DNA of 64,000 bases from a virus. The stretch lies in IMG/VR virus record IMGVR_UViG_3300044632_001218; one strand, written 5' to 3'. Of this stretch, positions 1-9,600 are shown piece after piece. Position 1 is the first letter of the stretch, and each line of letters begins with the position of its first letter. The translations under genes and the position numbers were made by a program. Below the pieces are notes generated by a model, which worked only from the letters and a program-made list of their open reading frames with translations, was not told the DNA's origin and did not search any database.

Positions 1-1
1 T

Positions 2-691
2 GGTCCTGATGGAATTGAAGTTCATGAAGGTAATATTATAGGTGAAATGTTTACTTATATGGAAATAAGTAAAAGAGGTGGTGAAACTGATTTTGCAGGA
101 AACTCCTTAACCTTTGAGGCACAATTTAAAGCAGGAAAATATATTAAAAGATATTTTTGGGAGAGTAAAGTTTCAAGTGCTGCTGCTCATGCAACAGAAC
201 CAAGAGATAGAGTTCCTAATAATAAAGGAAAATATGTAAATGCTACTGCAAGAAATGGTGCTATTCCTGCTCCAAAAATGGCAGACCTTGTTAAAAAGTA
301 TACTGGGGAAGATATTAATTACAACATTCCTTTAAGTGGAAAATTTACAGATGCTCATTTGAAATATTGGCAAAAGTATTTTAAAGACATAGTTTCTGAT
401 AGAACCATTAAAAAAGATTTTGGTAAAGTTTCTGTTTTGGGAAGACAAGTTTCTCCAGAAGTTTTTATTGAATTAGCTTTTGAATTGGATAAGGTATCTC
501 CAAATCCATCTGGTAAAAACTTTGCAGTTAAGTTGAGAAGTAAGTTAAGAATTTTGAGATACATTAAAATGTTTATTGGAGCAAAAAGACAAGGAAAATT
601 AGCAGAACTTATTACTCATGCGTACTTCTTGTCATCAAAAATGAACATTAGTCAAGCAGACTTGTCTGGACCCTTTATCAAGGTCCAGTGA
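2..691 (+). CDS. hypothetical protein, 5'-truncated by the window
   Basis: Frame is open from position 2 to the TGA ending at 691; no family motif recognised. Confidence 0.6.
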   Translation, partial: GPDGIEVHEGNIIGEMFTYMEISKRGGETDFAGNSLTFEAQFKAGKYIKRYFWESKVSSAAAHATEPRDRVPNNKGKYVNATARNGAIPAPKMADLVKKYTGEDINYNIPLSGKFTDAHLKYWQKYFKDIVSDRTIKKDFGKVSVLGRQVSPEVFIELAFELDKVSPNPSGKNFAVKLRSKLRILRYIKMFIGAKRQGKLAELITHAYFLSSKMNISQADLSGPFIKVQ

Positions 692-722
692 TGTGCTATA
701 CTGGTAAAATACTGGAGACCTT

Positions 723-1490
723 ATGATTGACCTGAGAACTGGAGACTGTATTGAGTTGGCAAAACAACTTGATGACAACTCTATTGATTGCACTGTAACT
801 TCACCACCATACAACAAACAAAAGATTGGTGGTGGTTTGTTTCGTAAAATTGAATATGATAATTTTGATGATTCACTTCCAGAGGATGTTTATCAAGAGC
901 AACAGATTGAACTTCTGAATGTTCTTTTTGACAAAACCAAAGAGGGTGGTTCTTTATTTTACAATCATAAAGTCAGGTATCTTGAAGGTAATGCAACTTC
1001 TCCTTGGGCATGGTTGCCTAAAACTAAATGGCACATCAGAGAAGAGATTATCTGGAACAGAGGTAGTGGTCCAGAGATTTCTGGATACAGATTCACACAG
1101 ATTGATGAAAGAATCTACTGGTTGTGTAAAGGTGCTAAGCGTCCTAAACTTCCCAGAAGGTCTGTAAACTATGGAAGTGTTTGGAAGTTTGGACCTGAGA
1201 TGAAGAATCCTCATCCTGCACCATTTCCTATTGTTCTTCCACTTCGTTGCATCCAAGCAGTAATGGAATCTCCTGGTGTTATTCTTGATCCTTACAGTGG
1301 ATCAGGAACTACAGGTCTTGCTGCTACGCTTCTTGGTCATGATTACATTGGGTTTGATCTTTCTGATGATTATCATACTATGGCAAAAGAAAGAATCAAT
1401 AATCCATCCAGAAGAGACCTTGAAAGGTTTACCGAAGAGTGTGGTGTTGAGGTAAATACAGAAAGAGATATCTTTACCTTACTTTCCTGA
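723..1490 (+). CDS. orphan beta-class DNA amino-methyltransferase (N4-C/N6-A)
   Basis: N-terminal motif IV TSPPY, HPAPFP, and C-terminal motif I DPYSGSGTTG. Confidence 0.9.
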   Translation: MIDLRTGDCIELAKQLDDNSIDCTVTSPPYNKQKIGGGLFRKIEYDNFDDSLPEDVYQEQQIELLNVLFDKTKEGGSLFYNHKVRYLEGNATSPWAWLPKTKWHIREEIIWNRGSGPEISGYRFTQIDERIYWLCKGAKRPKLPRRSVNYGSVWKFGPEMKNPHPAPFPIVLPLRCIQAVMESPGVILDPYSGSGTTGLAATLLGHDYIGFDLSDDYHTMAKERINNPSRRDLERFTEECGVEVNTERDIFTLLS

Positions 1491-1714
1491 TGGAAGAATT
1501 TTTCGATGACTTAATTAGATTATACAAACAACACATAAGAATTACGCAACTAAAAAAGAAAACTATTGAAAATTTTTCCAGATTTTATGTAAGTTTTGTA
1601 GACCAAGACAAAAATCCAAAAGATAAGAAAGATAAATATTTACAAGTAAAACGACTTGGTTTGCAATATATTCAGCAAAACCAAGATTTGATATATAAAA
1701 AAATTAATAAATGA
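1490..1714 (+). CDS. hypothetical protein
   Basis: 74-aa ORF with start/stop overlaps on both sides. Confidence 0.65.
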   Translation: MEEFFDDLIRLYKQHIRITQLKKKTIENFSRFYVSFVDQDKNPKDKKDKYLQVKRLGLQYIQQNQDLIYKKINK

Positions 1715-3000
1715 AGAAGTTTTCTGAGTTTATAGTAGAAGCAAGAAGTTCCCAAGCAGCTCAAAAGGCACACAAGCTTGGGTTACAGGGTGATGGGCAC
1801 GGATATTGGATTGATAAACAACAGAAACGAGTAGCACAAACTGTCAAAGGACAACTGCAATTTATTTCTGGTAAGAAGAAAGGTAAGAGTGGTGAAGATG
1901 GTGATGGTGAAGAAGGTAAAGAACCATCAAGAGTATCAACAGGAAAGTTTAGAGGACAAAAACCTGGAAAGAAAAGACTAGGTGCTAAAGCACCACAACC
2001 AACTGCAAAAAGAGCACCAGCTCCAGCAGCAACACCAAGACCAAAGGCAACAGCACAGGAACCAACGCCAAAACCAAAAGAAACTATAAGAGATGAAGTA
2101 GTTACTGTTGTCTTTGGTAAGTTTAATCCTCCAACACAAGCACATAAAAGGGTATTGGAGTCTGCAAAGAAAACAGCATCTGGTGGAAATTTTTACGTTT
2201 TCCCAAGTAGAACACAAGATGGTAAAAAGAATCCATTAGACCCAGACACAAAGATTTCGTATATGAAGGAAATGTTCCCTGAGTATGCTGATAGTATTAT
2301 TGATAGTGATGAGTTTCAAACCATCTTTGATGTTCTTCAGTTCTTGAATCAAGAAGGATATACTGGAGTTAATATTGTTTGTGGGGCAGAAAGAGTTTCT
2401 GAGATTGATAATCTTGCTAATAAAAGTAATGGACAGTTGTATGATTACCAATCAATCAATGTAGTATCTTCTGGTTCAAAAGATGCTGAATCAGAAAGTG
2501 GATCATCTGATGTTGCAAGAAAAGCAGCAGCAGAAAAAGATTTTGAAACATTCAAGAAAGCACTTCCTTCAGGATTTAGCGGTGCTAAACAAATGTTCAC
2601 TGACCTTCAACAGTCTATGAATATCAAAGAAGGTTATAGACTTTGGGAAATTGCTCCTGAATATGATTGGAAAGGATTGAGAGAAAATTATGTCTTTGGG
2701 CATTTGTATCAAGTGGGCACAATAATTGAAAGTTGTAATACAGGGTTGATAGGAAAAGTTATAAGGTCTGGTGCTAATCATTTAATCTGTGTAACTGAAG
2801 ATGGAATTATGTTCAAGTCTTGGATAAAGGACGTTTGTGAGTATACAGAAGTCAAGATGGATAAGATGACAAGAGAACCAGGAAAACCAAATACTCTTGT
2901 AGGAACTGTAGGATATACAAAGTATGTTGCCTCTATGACTCCTGGAGCAACAGTGGATACTATAAATAAAAAAAGGAAAGAACTAACAAAAAGTAAATGA
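1711..3000 (+). CDS. HxGH-superfamily nucleotidyltransferase (cyanophage cytidyltransferase / NatA-like) with N-terminal extension
   Basis: VVFGKFNPPTQAH motif, VFPSRTQD, and IVCGAERV. The N-terminus MKKFSEFIVEA is followed by a K/P/A-rich linker. Confidence 0.8.
   Translation: MKKFSEFIVEARSSQAAQKAHKLGLQGDGHGYWIDKQQKRVAQTVKGQLQFISGKKKGKSGEDGDGEEGKEPSRVSTGKFRGQKPGKKRLGAKAPQPTAKRAPAPAATPRPKATAQEPTPKPKETIRDEVVTVVFGKFNPPTQAHKRVLESAKKTASGGNFYVFPSRTQDGKKNPLDPDTKISYMKEMFPEYADSIIDSDEFQTIFDVLQFLNQEGYTGVNIVCGAERVSEIDNLANKSNGQLYDYQSINVVSSGSKDAESESGSSDVARKAAAEKDFETFKKALPSGFSGAKQMFTDLQQSMNIKEGYRLWEIAPEYDWKGLRENYVFGHLYQVGTIIESCNTGLIGKVIRSGANHLICVTEDGIMFKSWIKDVCEYTEVKMDKMTREPGKPNTLVGTVGYTKYVASMTPGATVDTINKKRKELTKSK
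2961..2968 (+). promoter_or_regulatory. T4-type late promoter
   Basis: Exact TATAAATA 28 nt upstream of the ATG at 2997. Confidence 0.75.
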
Positions 3001-4250
3001 CTAACATTTGGACACAATCTTTTGAAGAAGTAAGGAAACCATTTTTTGAAATGGAAGACCCCTATACTTTGAGAGAAAAGAAAGAAAAAGAAGAGAAAGA
3101 AAATGGGCCAAAGCGTTGGTGGGATGATGATGGCGATGGTGTTGGATATGAGAAGGGGGAAGTAAAAGGTAAGTTTAAGAAGAAGAAAGTAAAGGAAGAA
3201 GTAGAAGAAGTTGGTGAAAATGTAAATTTACAAAGTCAATCATCAAAAAGAAAATCTTTAGGAAAATATAAGGGGAAATACGAAAGTCCAAAAGAATTTA
3301 GAAAAACTGAAATTGAAGATGCTCCATATCAATATAAAGGAAATTATAATGCCCATTTAAAGAAAGAAGAAGTAGAAGAAGTTGGTGAGGAGATGAAACC
3401 CCTTCCCAAAAACAAGATGTTTCGTAAGGCAGGAAATCTTGGTAGAGATATTGTTTCTCCCTCAACAGGAGATGAAGATCGCCAAAAGAAATATGGTCGT
3501 CAGAAGAAAATCATAAAACAACTTAATAAAGAAGAATATATTGATGAAGTAAATGATTCAAAAGAAACAAGGCTTGATGTAAGAAAGGGAATCAAAAACA
3601 AAGTTGAAATTAACCCCCAAATCAAAGAAGAACTTGAGACTTGGATTGGTGAACTTGTAGAAGAAGGTTATGACCTTTCTCAATTTACTTGGCAGGAAAT
3701 GTTTGAAATTTATGAATCTGCTGAGTTTATTGATGAGGGAACTGCTGGTATGCCAGCAGCAGGAGATGCTCAAACAGTAACAGTAGACCCTATTGCAGTA
3801 GCAAAAGTAAAGGCAGCAAAGGCAAAAGTGGCAAAGGAAAGAGCAGACCTTCAAGTTGCTCAGCAATCACAGAGACTGAAAGTTTCCACAAATGAGTCGT
3901 TTGACTCAATTGTTGAGTACCTTTCACAAAGACCTAATGCCTTTGAGAATCTTGAAGAGGGAGTATTTGACCCCAAAAAGTCTAAAATGAGACCTGCTTC
4001 AGAAAGATCAAAAAATGCAATGACTGATGCCCAAAGAAAGGCAGAAAAAAAAGAAGCACAAAGAACTGCAGAAATTCATAGTAAAGGTGAAACTGTTCTT
4101 GCTGGGTTAATGCCACAAGGTAAAAAAGGAAAAGTTAAAACTACTCCTACACCAAAAGCAGCAGCACCAGCATCAAATAGAAAAGTAAAAGGTCGCTATG
4201 ATAAACTTGCTGCTGCAGCAAATAAAGTTCTGAAAGATATTAAAAAATAA
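2997..4250 (+). CDS. highly charged mosaic protein, putative internal head protein
   Basis: Follows a late promoter; K/E-rich modules are separated by EE-rich linkers. Confidence 0.55.
   Translation: MTNIWTQSFEEVRKPFFEMEDPYTLREKKEKEEKENGPKRWWDDDGDGVGYEKGEVKGKFKKKKVKEEVEEVGENVNLQSQSSKRKSLGKYKGKYESPKEFRKTEIEDAPYQYKGNYNAHLKKEEVEEVGEEMKPLPKNKMFRKAGNLGRDIVSPSTGDEDRQKKYGRQKKIIKQLNKEEYIDEVNDSKETRLDVRKGIKNKVEINPQIKEELETWIGELVEEGYDLSQFTWQEMFEIYESAEFIDEGTAGMPAAGDAQTVTVDPIAVAKVKAAKAKVAKERADLQVAQQSQRLKVSTNESFDSIVEYLSQRPNAFENLEEGVFDPKKSKMRPASERSKNAMTDAQRKAEKKEAQRTAEIHSKGETVLAGLMPQGKKGKVKTTPTPKAAAPASNRKVKGRYDKLAAAANKVLKDIKK
3195..3388 (+). repeat. 23-bp perfect direct repeat pair inside a CDS
   Basis: GAAGAAGTAGAAGAAGTTGGTGA at 3195-3217 and 3366-3388 (peptide EEVEEVG). 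Confidence 0.9.
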
Positions 4251-4277
4251 ATAGTTACATAATTGCCAGGAGGTATT

Positions 4278-4463
4278 ATGACTTTAGCAGCTATTGGTGC
4301 TTGGTTTGCAGCAAATGAAGCTTTGGTTGCAACAGTGCTTCTCTTAATTTCAGAAGCACTTGGAGCAAATCCAAAACTCAAATCAAATGGAATTCTTTCA
4401 TTCATTCTTCTTCAATTGCAAAATCACTTGAAGAAAAAGGGTGCAACAGATTTAACTCCATAA
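4278..4463 (+). CDS. small membrane protein
   Basis: GGAGG at 4269-4273, ATG at 4278, two hydrophobic segments and a basic tail. Confidence 0.7.
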   Translation: MTLAAIGAWFAANEALVATVLLLISEALGANPKLKSNGILSFILLQLQNHLKKKGATDLTP

Positions 4464-4484
4464 TTTTTAATCAAATTTTAATAC

Positions 4485-4516
4485 AAAGGAGATCGATTAC
4501 TGAGGTCTCCTTTTTT
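4485..4516 (+). terminator. intrinsic terminator
   Basis: AAAGGAGA...TCTCCTTT stem followed by a T-tract. Confidence 0.75.
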
Positions 4517-4524
4517 TATAAATA
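4517..4524 (+). promoter_or_regulatory. T4-type late promoter
   Basis: Exact TATAAATA upstream of 4558. Confidence 0.8.
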
Positions 4525-4557
4525 CTCTTAGACAAAGAAATTTATTAGGTACAAAGA

Positions 4558-5319
4558 ATGGCACTCTGGGGAAATAACGACAACAAGGGTTCAGGTGGAA
4601 CAGTATCTTTAGATTATGCAGCCTTGGTTGTTACAGGTTCTGGAACTACTTTTGGACAAGTAGGTGCTGCTGCAACTGGAGACGTAATTAGATTTGGTTA
4701 TAGAGGTTCTGGTGGAACCTATTTTGGAGATGCAGTTATTGTTGGCATTGCAAGTACTACCCAATGTTCGATTGCATCAACTGCTGGTCTTAGTGGGGCT
4801 TCAATTGCTTCTACAAGTTTCTATATCAGTGAACTTCCAAAATACACTGTTCTTGATAGCACTTACAGTAACAAAATTGATGCTGCTGAATCTTTAGCAA
4901 CTTTATCAATCACAGGAACTGCAACTACAAATGCTGGTGTAGGAACTGCTATTATTCCAACCATTCCTCCAGTAGGATTGATTGTTGGGGACTTGCTGGT
5001 AAATGGTGGTAACAATATTACAATTTCTACTATTGATGCTACCACAATTAGTTTAGGATCAACTATTTCTGTTGGTATTGCTACTGGTGCTACCTTAACC
5101 TTCAAGAGATATGTTGATGGTTATGACAAGCAAGTTTATGGTATTTCAACAACCTCTTATGTTCCAGCAGCATATCAAGGATATACTCATGCTGGTTGGG
5201 TTGGTGTTACAACCTATGTTGATTGTCATGGCAGTCTGAGAGTCAAGAGTGAAGTCCTTGTTGCAATGTCTGGTATCCAAACAGGAACTGATGGCATTCT
5301 TTATCCAACATCAAAATAA
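4558..5319 (+). CDS. virion structural protein (G/T/A-rich)
   Basis: MALWG N-terminus and HAGWV...RVKSEVLVAM C-terminus recalled from cyanophage structural proteins; late promoter upstream. Confidence 0.6.
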   Translation: MALWGNNDNKGSGGTVSLDYAALVVTGSGTTFGQVGAAATGDVIRFGYRGSGGTYFGDAVIVGIASTTQCSIASTAGLSGASIASTSFYISELPKYTVLDSTYSNKIDAAESLATLSITGTATTNAGVGTAIIPTIPPVGLIVGDLLVNGGNNITISTIDATTISLGSTISVGIATGATLTFKRYVDGYDKQVYGISTTSYVPAAYQGYTHAGWVGVTTYVDCHGSLRVKSEVLVAMSGIQTGTDGILYPTSK

Positions 5320-5326
5320 TTAATCT

Positions 5327-5698
5327 ATGAAGTTTGATGAATTGAATGAGGACAATTACCTCCTGTTTGCCATTAAGTATTATGATAATCCTCAATCTAT
5401 AACTAAAGAGGATTTCTTTGAGGACTTAAGTAGATTTAAATATATCAAAAAGTTATTGAGAAGATATGTAAAATCAGGAGAGCTAAAAACTACTCTCCTG
5501 ATTAATCATTTTATTATTGTCTTCAATGTTTTTAATGATGCAGCACTCCCTCTTTTGTTCTTCAAAATAGAAAGAGAGTTATGGTCTTCTATGAAGACTT
5601 TTTTATTATATCTCAATAGAATACCTGAGTATCCAAAGTCATTTTTAGATGATATTCCTATTGACCAAACCTGTTTAAAAATATTGGAATCACTATAA
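5327..5698 (+). CDS. conserved T4-like hypothetical protein
   Basis: 123-aa ORF (FAIKYYDNPQ, LLINH), translationally coupled to the next ORF. Confidence 0.7.
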   Translation: MKFDELNEDNYLLFAIKYYDNPQSITKEDFFEDLSRFKYIKKLLRRYVKSGELKTTLLINHFIIVFNVFNDAALPLLFFKIERELWSSMKTFLLYLNRIPEYPKSFLDDIPIDQTCLKILESL

Positions 5699-5868
5699 TG
5701 AACAATTTTAAGTTGAATAAAATAATAAATATTATTAGAGAAGAAATGACTGCTACTGGAGGCAACCTTGCAGGATTGCCTCCTGATTTGCCTCCAGTTG
5801 ACTTGAGAAAAAGAAAATATAAAAGAATTCCATTCTTCTTCAGAGACGTTTTAAAGAAGAAAAAGTAG
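5698..5868 (+). CDS. small hypothetical protein (56 aa; not in ORF track)
   Basis: MNNFKLNK...GLPPDLPPVDLRKRK...; ATG overlaps the upstream stop and the ORF fills the gap. Confidence 0.6.
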   Translation: MNNFKLNKIINIIREEMTATGGNLAGLPPDLPPVDLRKRKYKRIPFFFRDVLKKKK

Positions 5869-5872
5869 ACAC

Positions 5873-6286
5873 ATGTTTAACAATAACACAGCTGCAGATA
5901 CTAAAATTGCTGTTTTAGAAGAACGTCTTTCCGCATATGAACTTATGATGAGAAAAATAGACGAAGCAATTCAACTAATGGGCAAAACCAGTCAAAACAT
6001 TAGCAAGATGCTTGCTGTTCATGAAGAAAGAATAGAACAGTGCAATAAAGCTGATGATATGATTACCAGAGTGTTAGATGAGATGAGGGACGAAAATAGA
6101 GAACAGCATGAATCAGTGTCACATAGAATAGAAAAGTTGGAAACTAAATTGGAAGATTTTGTAAAGTTTCGCTGGATAATTGTAGGAGCAGCTTTGATTA
6201 TGTCGTTTATGTTTTCTCAGTCAGAAATTGTTGTTGACTTCTTGACCCCAACCCACCAACCTGCTAAAATAGAAGGACAAAAATAA
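5873..6286 (+). CDS. coiled-coil protein with C-terminal transmembrane helix
   Basis: Heptad-like region followed by WIIVGAALIMSFMF. Confidence 0.65.
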   Translation: MFNNNTAADTKIAVLEERLSAYELMMRKIDEAIQLMGKTSQNISKMLAVHEERIEQCNKADDMITRVLDEMRDENREQHESVSHRIEKLETKLEDFVKFRWIIVGAALIMSFMFSQSEIVVDFLTPTHQPAKIEGQK

Positions 6287-6295
6287 TTTTTATGA

Positions 6296-7309
6296 ATGAG
6301 CTTTGTTGATTCCAAATACATTGGACTGATATCCCCAAGACTTCAAAAATTTAAACAAGTAAAAAATAATCTTTATAATTTTAGGTGTCCCTATTGTGGG
6401 GATTCCCAGAGGCATAAAAATAAAGCAAGAGGATATATTTACCAACTTAAAAATGACCACAATTATAAATGTCATAATTGTGGAATGTCTAAATCTTTTA
6501 CTAATTTTCTAAAGGATTTGGACACATCACTATATGACCAGTATGTGATGGAACGATATAAGAATGGTATTACTGGGAAAAATTCCAATACTCCTGAACC
6601 TCAGTTCAATTTTCAGGAACCAAAGTTTTCTAAAAAAGTTAAAAATTGTAAGGTAGATTTGCCAACAATAGCAGAACTAAATACTGAGCACCCAGCAAAA
6701 GTATACTTACATAAAAGAAAAATTCCAGAAAAATTTTTTGGAGAACTGTATTATTGTGAAAATTTTAAAGCATGGACAAATGAGCAAAAGTATACATTTG
6801 AAACTACAGACCATGATGAACCAAGAATCATTATCCCATTAATCAACAAAGGGACACTATTTGGGTTTCAAGGTCGTAGTCTAAACAAAAATTCTAAAAT
6901 TAAATATATTACTATAATTTTAGATGAGCACCATCCAAAAATTTATGGTCTTGATAAAATCAATTGGGATAAAACTGTTTATATAACAGAAGGTCCATTT
7001 GATAGTATGTTTATAGATAATGCCATTGCTATGGTTGGTGCTGATGTTGATAAAATGTTTTTTGTAACGAACTTTGAAACTAACTTTGTTATGATTTATG
7101 ATAATGAAAAAAGAAATAAACAGATTGTAGATAGGATTGAAAAGGCAATTAATACACATTTCCCTGTGGTTATTTGGCCATCAGATGTAAAGGAAAAGGA
7201 TATTAATGATATGGTTTTATCTGGACTTGATGTGGATAGTATGCTAAAATCAAATACTTATTCAGGTTTAGAAGCAAAAGCAAAACTTATTAGTTGGAAA
7301 AGAGTATGA
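6296..7309 (+). CDS. g61: DNA primase (T4 gp61-like)
   Basis: CPYC...CHNC zinc domain, TEGPFDS TOPRIM motif, DNE and KDIND acidic motifs. Confidence 0.95.
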   Translation: MSFVDSKYIGLISPRLQKFKQVKNNLYNFRCPYCGDSQRHKNKARGYIYQLKNDHNYKCHNCGMSKSFTNFLKDLDTSLYDQYVMERYKNGITGKNSNTPEPQFNFQEPKFSKKVKNCKVDLPTIAELNTEHPAKVYLHKRKIPEKFFGELYYCENFKAWTNEQKYTFETTDHDEPRIIIPLINKGTLFGFQGRSLNKNSKIKYITIILDEHHPKIYGLDKINWDKTVYITEGPFDSMFIDNAIAMVGADVDKMFFVTNFETNFVMIYDNEKRNKQIVDRIEKAINTHFPVVIWPSDVKEKDINDMVLSGLDVDSMLKSNTYSGLEAKAKLISWKRV

Positions 7310-9600
7310 GCAACGGGTTAAAGGTAACTAAAAGAAATGGTATTATTCAATCACTTGATTTGGATAAGATGCATTTGATGGTTGAAGAGTCATGTAAAGG
7401 TCTTGCAGGAGTATCTGCAAGTCAAGTTGAGATGCAATCTGGAATTCAGTTCTATGATGGTATCACCACAGCAGAAATTCAAGAAATCTTGATTCGCTCT
7501 GCATCAGATTTGATTGATTTGGACCATCCAAATTATCAGTTTGTTGCAGCACGTCTTCTTCTTTTTTCACTTAGAAAAAGTTTGTATGGTGGTATCAAAG
7601 ACTTCCCTCACCTTGAGGAGCACATTAACAATTGTGTAGCAAAGGGAGTTTATGATAGTGAAATTTTTATCAAATACTCTAAAGAAGAAATAGATAGAGT
7701 AAATGGATTTATTGACCATGATAGGGATATGCTTTTTACCTATGCAGGTCTTCGTCAGGTAGTAGATAAGTATCTGGTACAAGACAGAAGTCTTGGTAAG
7801 GTTTATGAGACTCCTCAGTTCATGTATATTATGATTGCTCTGACAATCTTTGCAGAGTATCCAAAAGAAACTCGTTTGGAATATGTTCGTAGGTACTACA
7901 ATGCAATCTCAAAGCACAAAATCAACATTCCTACACCAATCATGGCAGGTGTTAGAACCCCACTTCGCCAATTTGCAAGTTGCGTTCTTGTTGATGTTGA
8001 TGACACCCTTGACAGTATCTTCAGCAGTGATATGGCAATTGGTCGCTATGTTGCTCAAAGAGCAGGAATTGGTATCAATGCAGGTAGAATCAGGGGCATC
8101 AATTCTAAAATCAGAGGGGGAGAAGTTGCTCATACAGGGGTTGTCCCATTCCTCAAAAAGTTTGAAGCAACTGTCAGATGTTGCACTCAAAATGGCATCA
8201 GAGGTGGAAGTGCTACTGTCCACTTTCCAATCTGGCACCAAGAAATAGAAGATATTATTGTTCTCAAAAACAATAAAGGAACAGAAGATAATAGAGTTAG
8301 AAAATTAGATTATTCTATTCAGATTAGCAAACTGTTCTATGAAAGATTTATTCAAGATGCAGAAATTACATTATTCTCTCCACATGATGTTCCTGGACTG
8401 TATGATGCTTTTGGCACTGACAGATTTGATGAGTTATATGTAGGGTATGAACAAAATTCAAGCATTCCTAAAAAGACAGTAAAAGCACAAAGTTTGATTC
8501 TTGACCTCCTCAAGGAAAGGGCAGAAACTGGTCGTATTTACATTATGAATATTGACCATTGCAACTCTCACTCTTCCTTCAAGGATAAAATTGAGATGTC
8601 AAATCTTTGTCAAGAAATTACTCTTCCCACAGTTCCTCTTCATCACATTGATGACCCTGAAGGTGAAATTGCATTGTGTATTCTTTCTGCCATTAATGTG
8701 GGTAAAGTTAAAGATGATGAAGAGTTTGAGGAACTTTGTGATTTGTCAGTAAGAGGATTGGAAGAACTGATTGATTATCAGAACTATCCAGTAGAAGCAG
8801 CAGAGATTTCTACAAAGGCACGCAGGTCTCTTGGAGTAGGTTTTATTGGACTGGCACATTATCTTGCTAAACTTGGGTTTAACTATGATTCACAAGAGGC
8901 ATGGGACGCAGTTCATGGTCTTTCTGAATCATTCCAGTATTTCTTGTTAAAATCTTCCAACCAGATTGCTAAAGAGAAAGGTTCTTGTAAGTATTTTAGC
9001 AGGACCAAATATGCTGATGGTATTCTTCCAATTGATACTTATAAAAAAGATGTAGACGAAATTTCCTCTATTACCTACCAACATGATTGGGAAACTTTAC
9101 GTGCCGAGATTCAGGCACATGGACTTAGACATTCAACATTGTCAGCACAGATGCCTTCGGAGAGCAGTTCCGTTGTGTCAAATGCAACCAATGGAATCGA
9201 ACCACCTCGTGGATTCTTGTCTATTAAAAAGTCAAAGAAGGGACCTCTTAAGCAGATTGTCCCCCAGTATCAAACTCTTAAGAGCAATTACACTCTTCTG
9301 TGGGACATGTCTAGCAATAGTGGTTATATCAACATTGTTGCTCTTATGCAAAAATTCTTCGATCAAGCGATTAGTGGAAACTGGTCCTATAACCCAGAGA
9401 ATTATCAAGACAATGAAGTCCCTGTTAGCGTGATGGCTCAGGATTTCTTATCCACATATAAGTATGGATGGAAGACAAGTTATTATCAGAATACATATGA
9501 TAATAAGACTGATGAAATAAAGGATGAACCAGTTAATTTAGATACACTTATTCAAGAACTATTAGAAGGAGAGGAAGATTGTGAATCCTGTAAAATTTAG
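7306..9600 (+). CDS. nrdA: ribonucleotide reductase class Ia alpha subunit
   Basis: ATP cone, RQFASCVL, SNLCQEI, SNATNGIEP, C-terminal CESC. Confidence 0.97.
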   Translation: MSNGLKVTKRNGIIQSLDLDKMHLMVEESCKGLAGVSASQVEMQSGIQFYDGITTAEIQEILIRSASDLIDLDHPNYQFVAARLLLFSLRKSLYGGIKDFPHLEEHINNCVAKGVYDSEIFIKYSKEEIDRVNGFIDHDRDMLFTYAGLRQVVDKYLVQDRSLGKVYETPQFMYIMIALTIFAEYPKETRLEYVRRYYNAISKHKINIPTPIMAGVRTPLRQFASCVLVDVDDTLDSIFSSDMAIGRYVAQRAGIGINAGRIRGINSKIRGGEVAHTGVVPFLKKFEATVRCCTQNGIRGGSATVHFPIWHQEIEDIIVLKNNKGTEDNRVRKLDYSIQISKLFYERFIQDAEITLFSPHDVPGLYDAFGTDRFDELYVGYEQNSSIPKKTVKAQSLILDLLKERAETGRIYIMNIDHCNSHSSFKDKIEMSNLCQEITLPTVPLHHIDDPEGEIALCILSAINVGKVKDDEEFEELCDLSVRGLEELIDYQNYPVEAAEISTKARRSLGVGFIGLAHYLAKLGFNYDSQEAWDAVHGLSESFQYFLLKSSNQIAKEKGSCKYFSRTKYADGILPIDTYKKDVDEISSITYQHDWETLRAEIQAHGLRHSTLSAQMPSESSSVVSNATNGIEPPRGFLSIKKSKKGPLKQIVPQYQTLKSNYTLLWDMSSNSGYINIVALMQKFFDQAISGNWSYNPENYQDNEVPVSVMAQDFLSTYKYGWKTSYYQNTYDNKTDEIKDEPVNLDTLIQELLEGEEDCESCKI

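Noticed and set aside
2-691. Cognate restriction endonuclease for the MTase
   Set aside because: Only a weak ExK match and the gene is truncated, so it is not supportable as a call.
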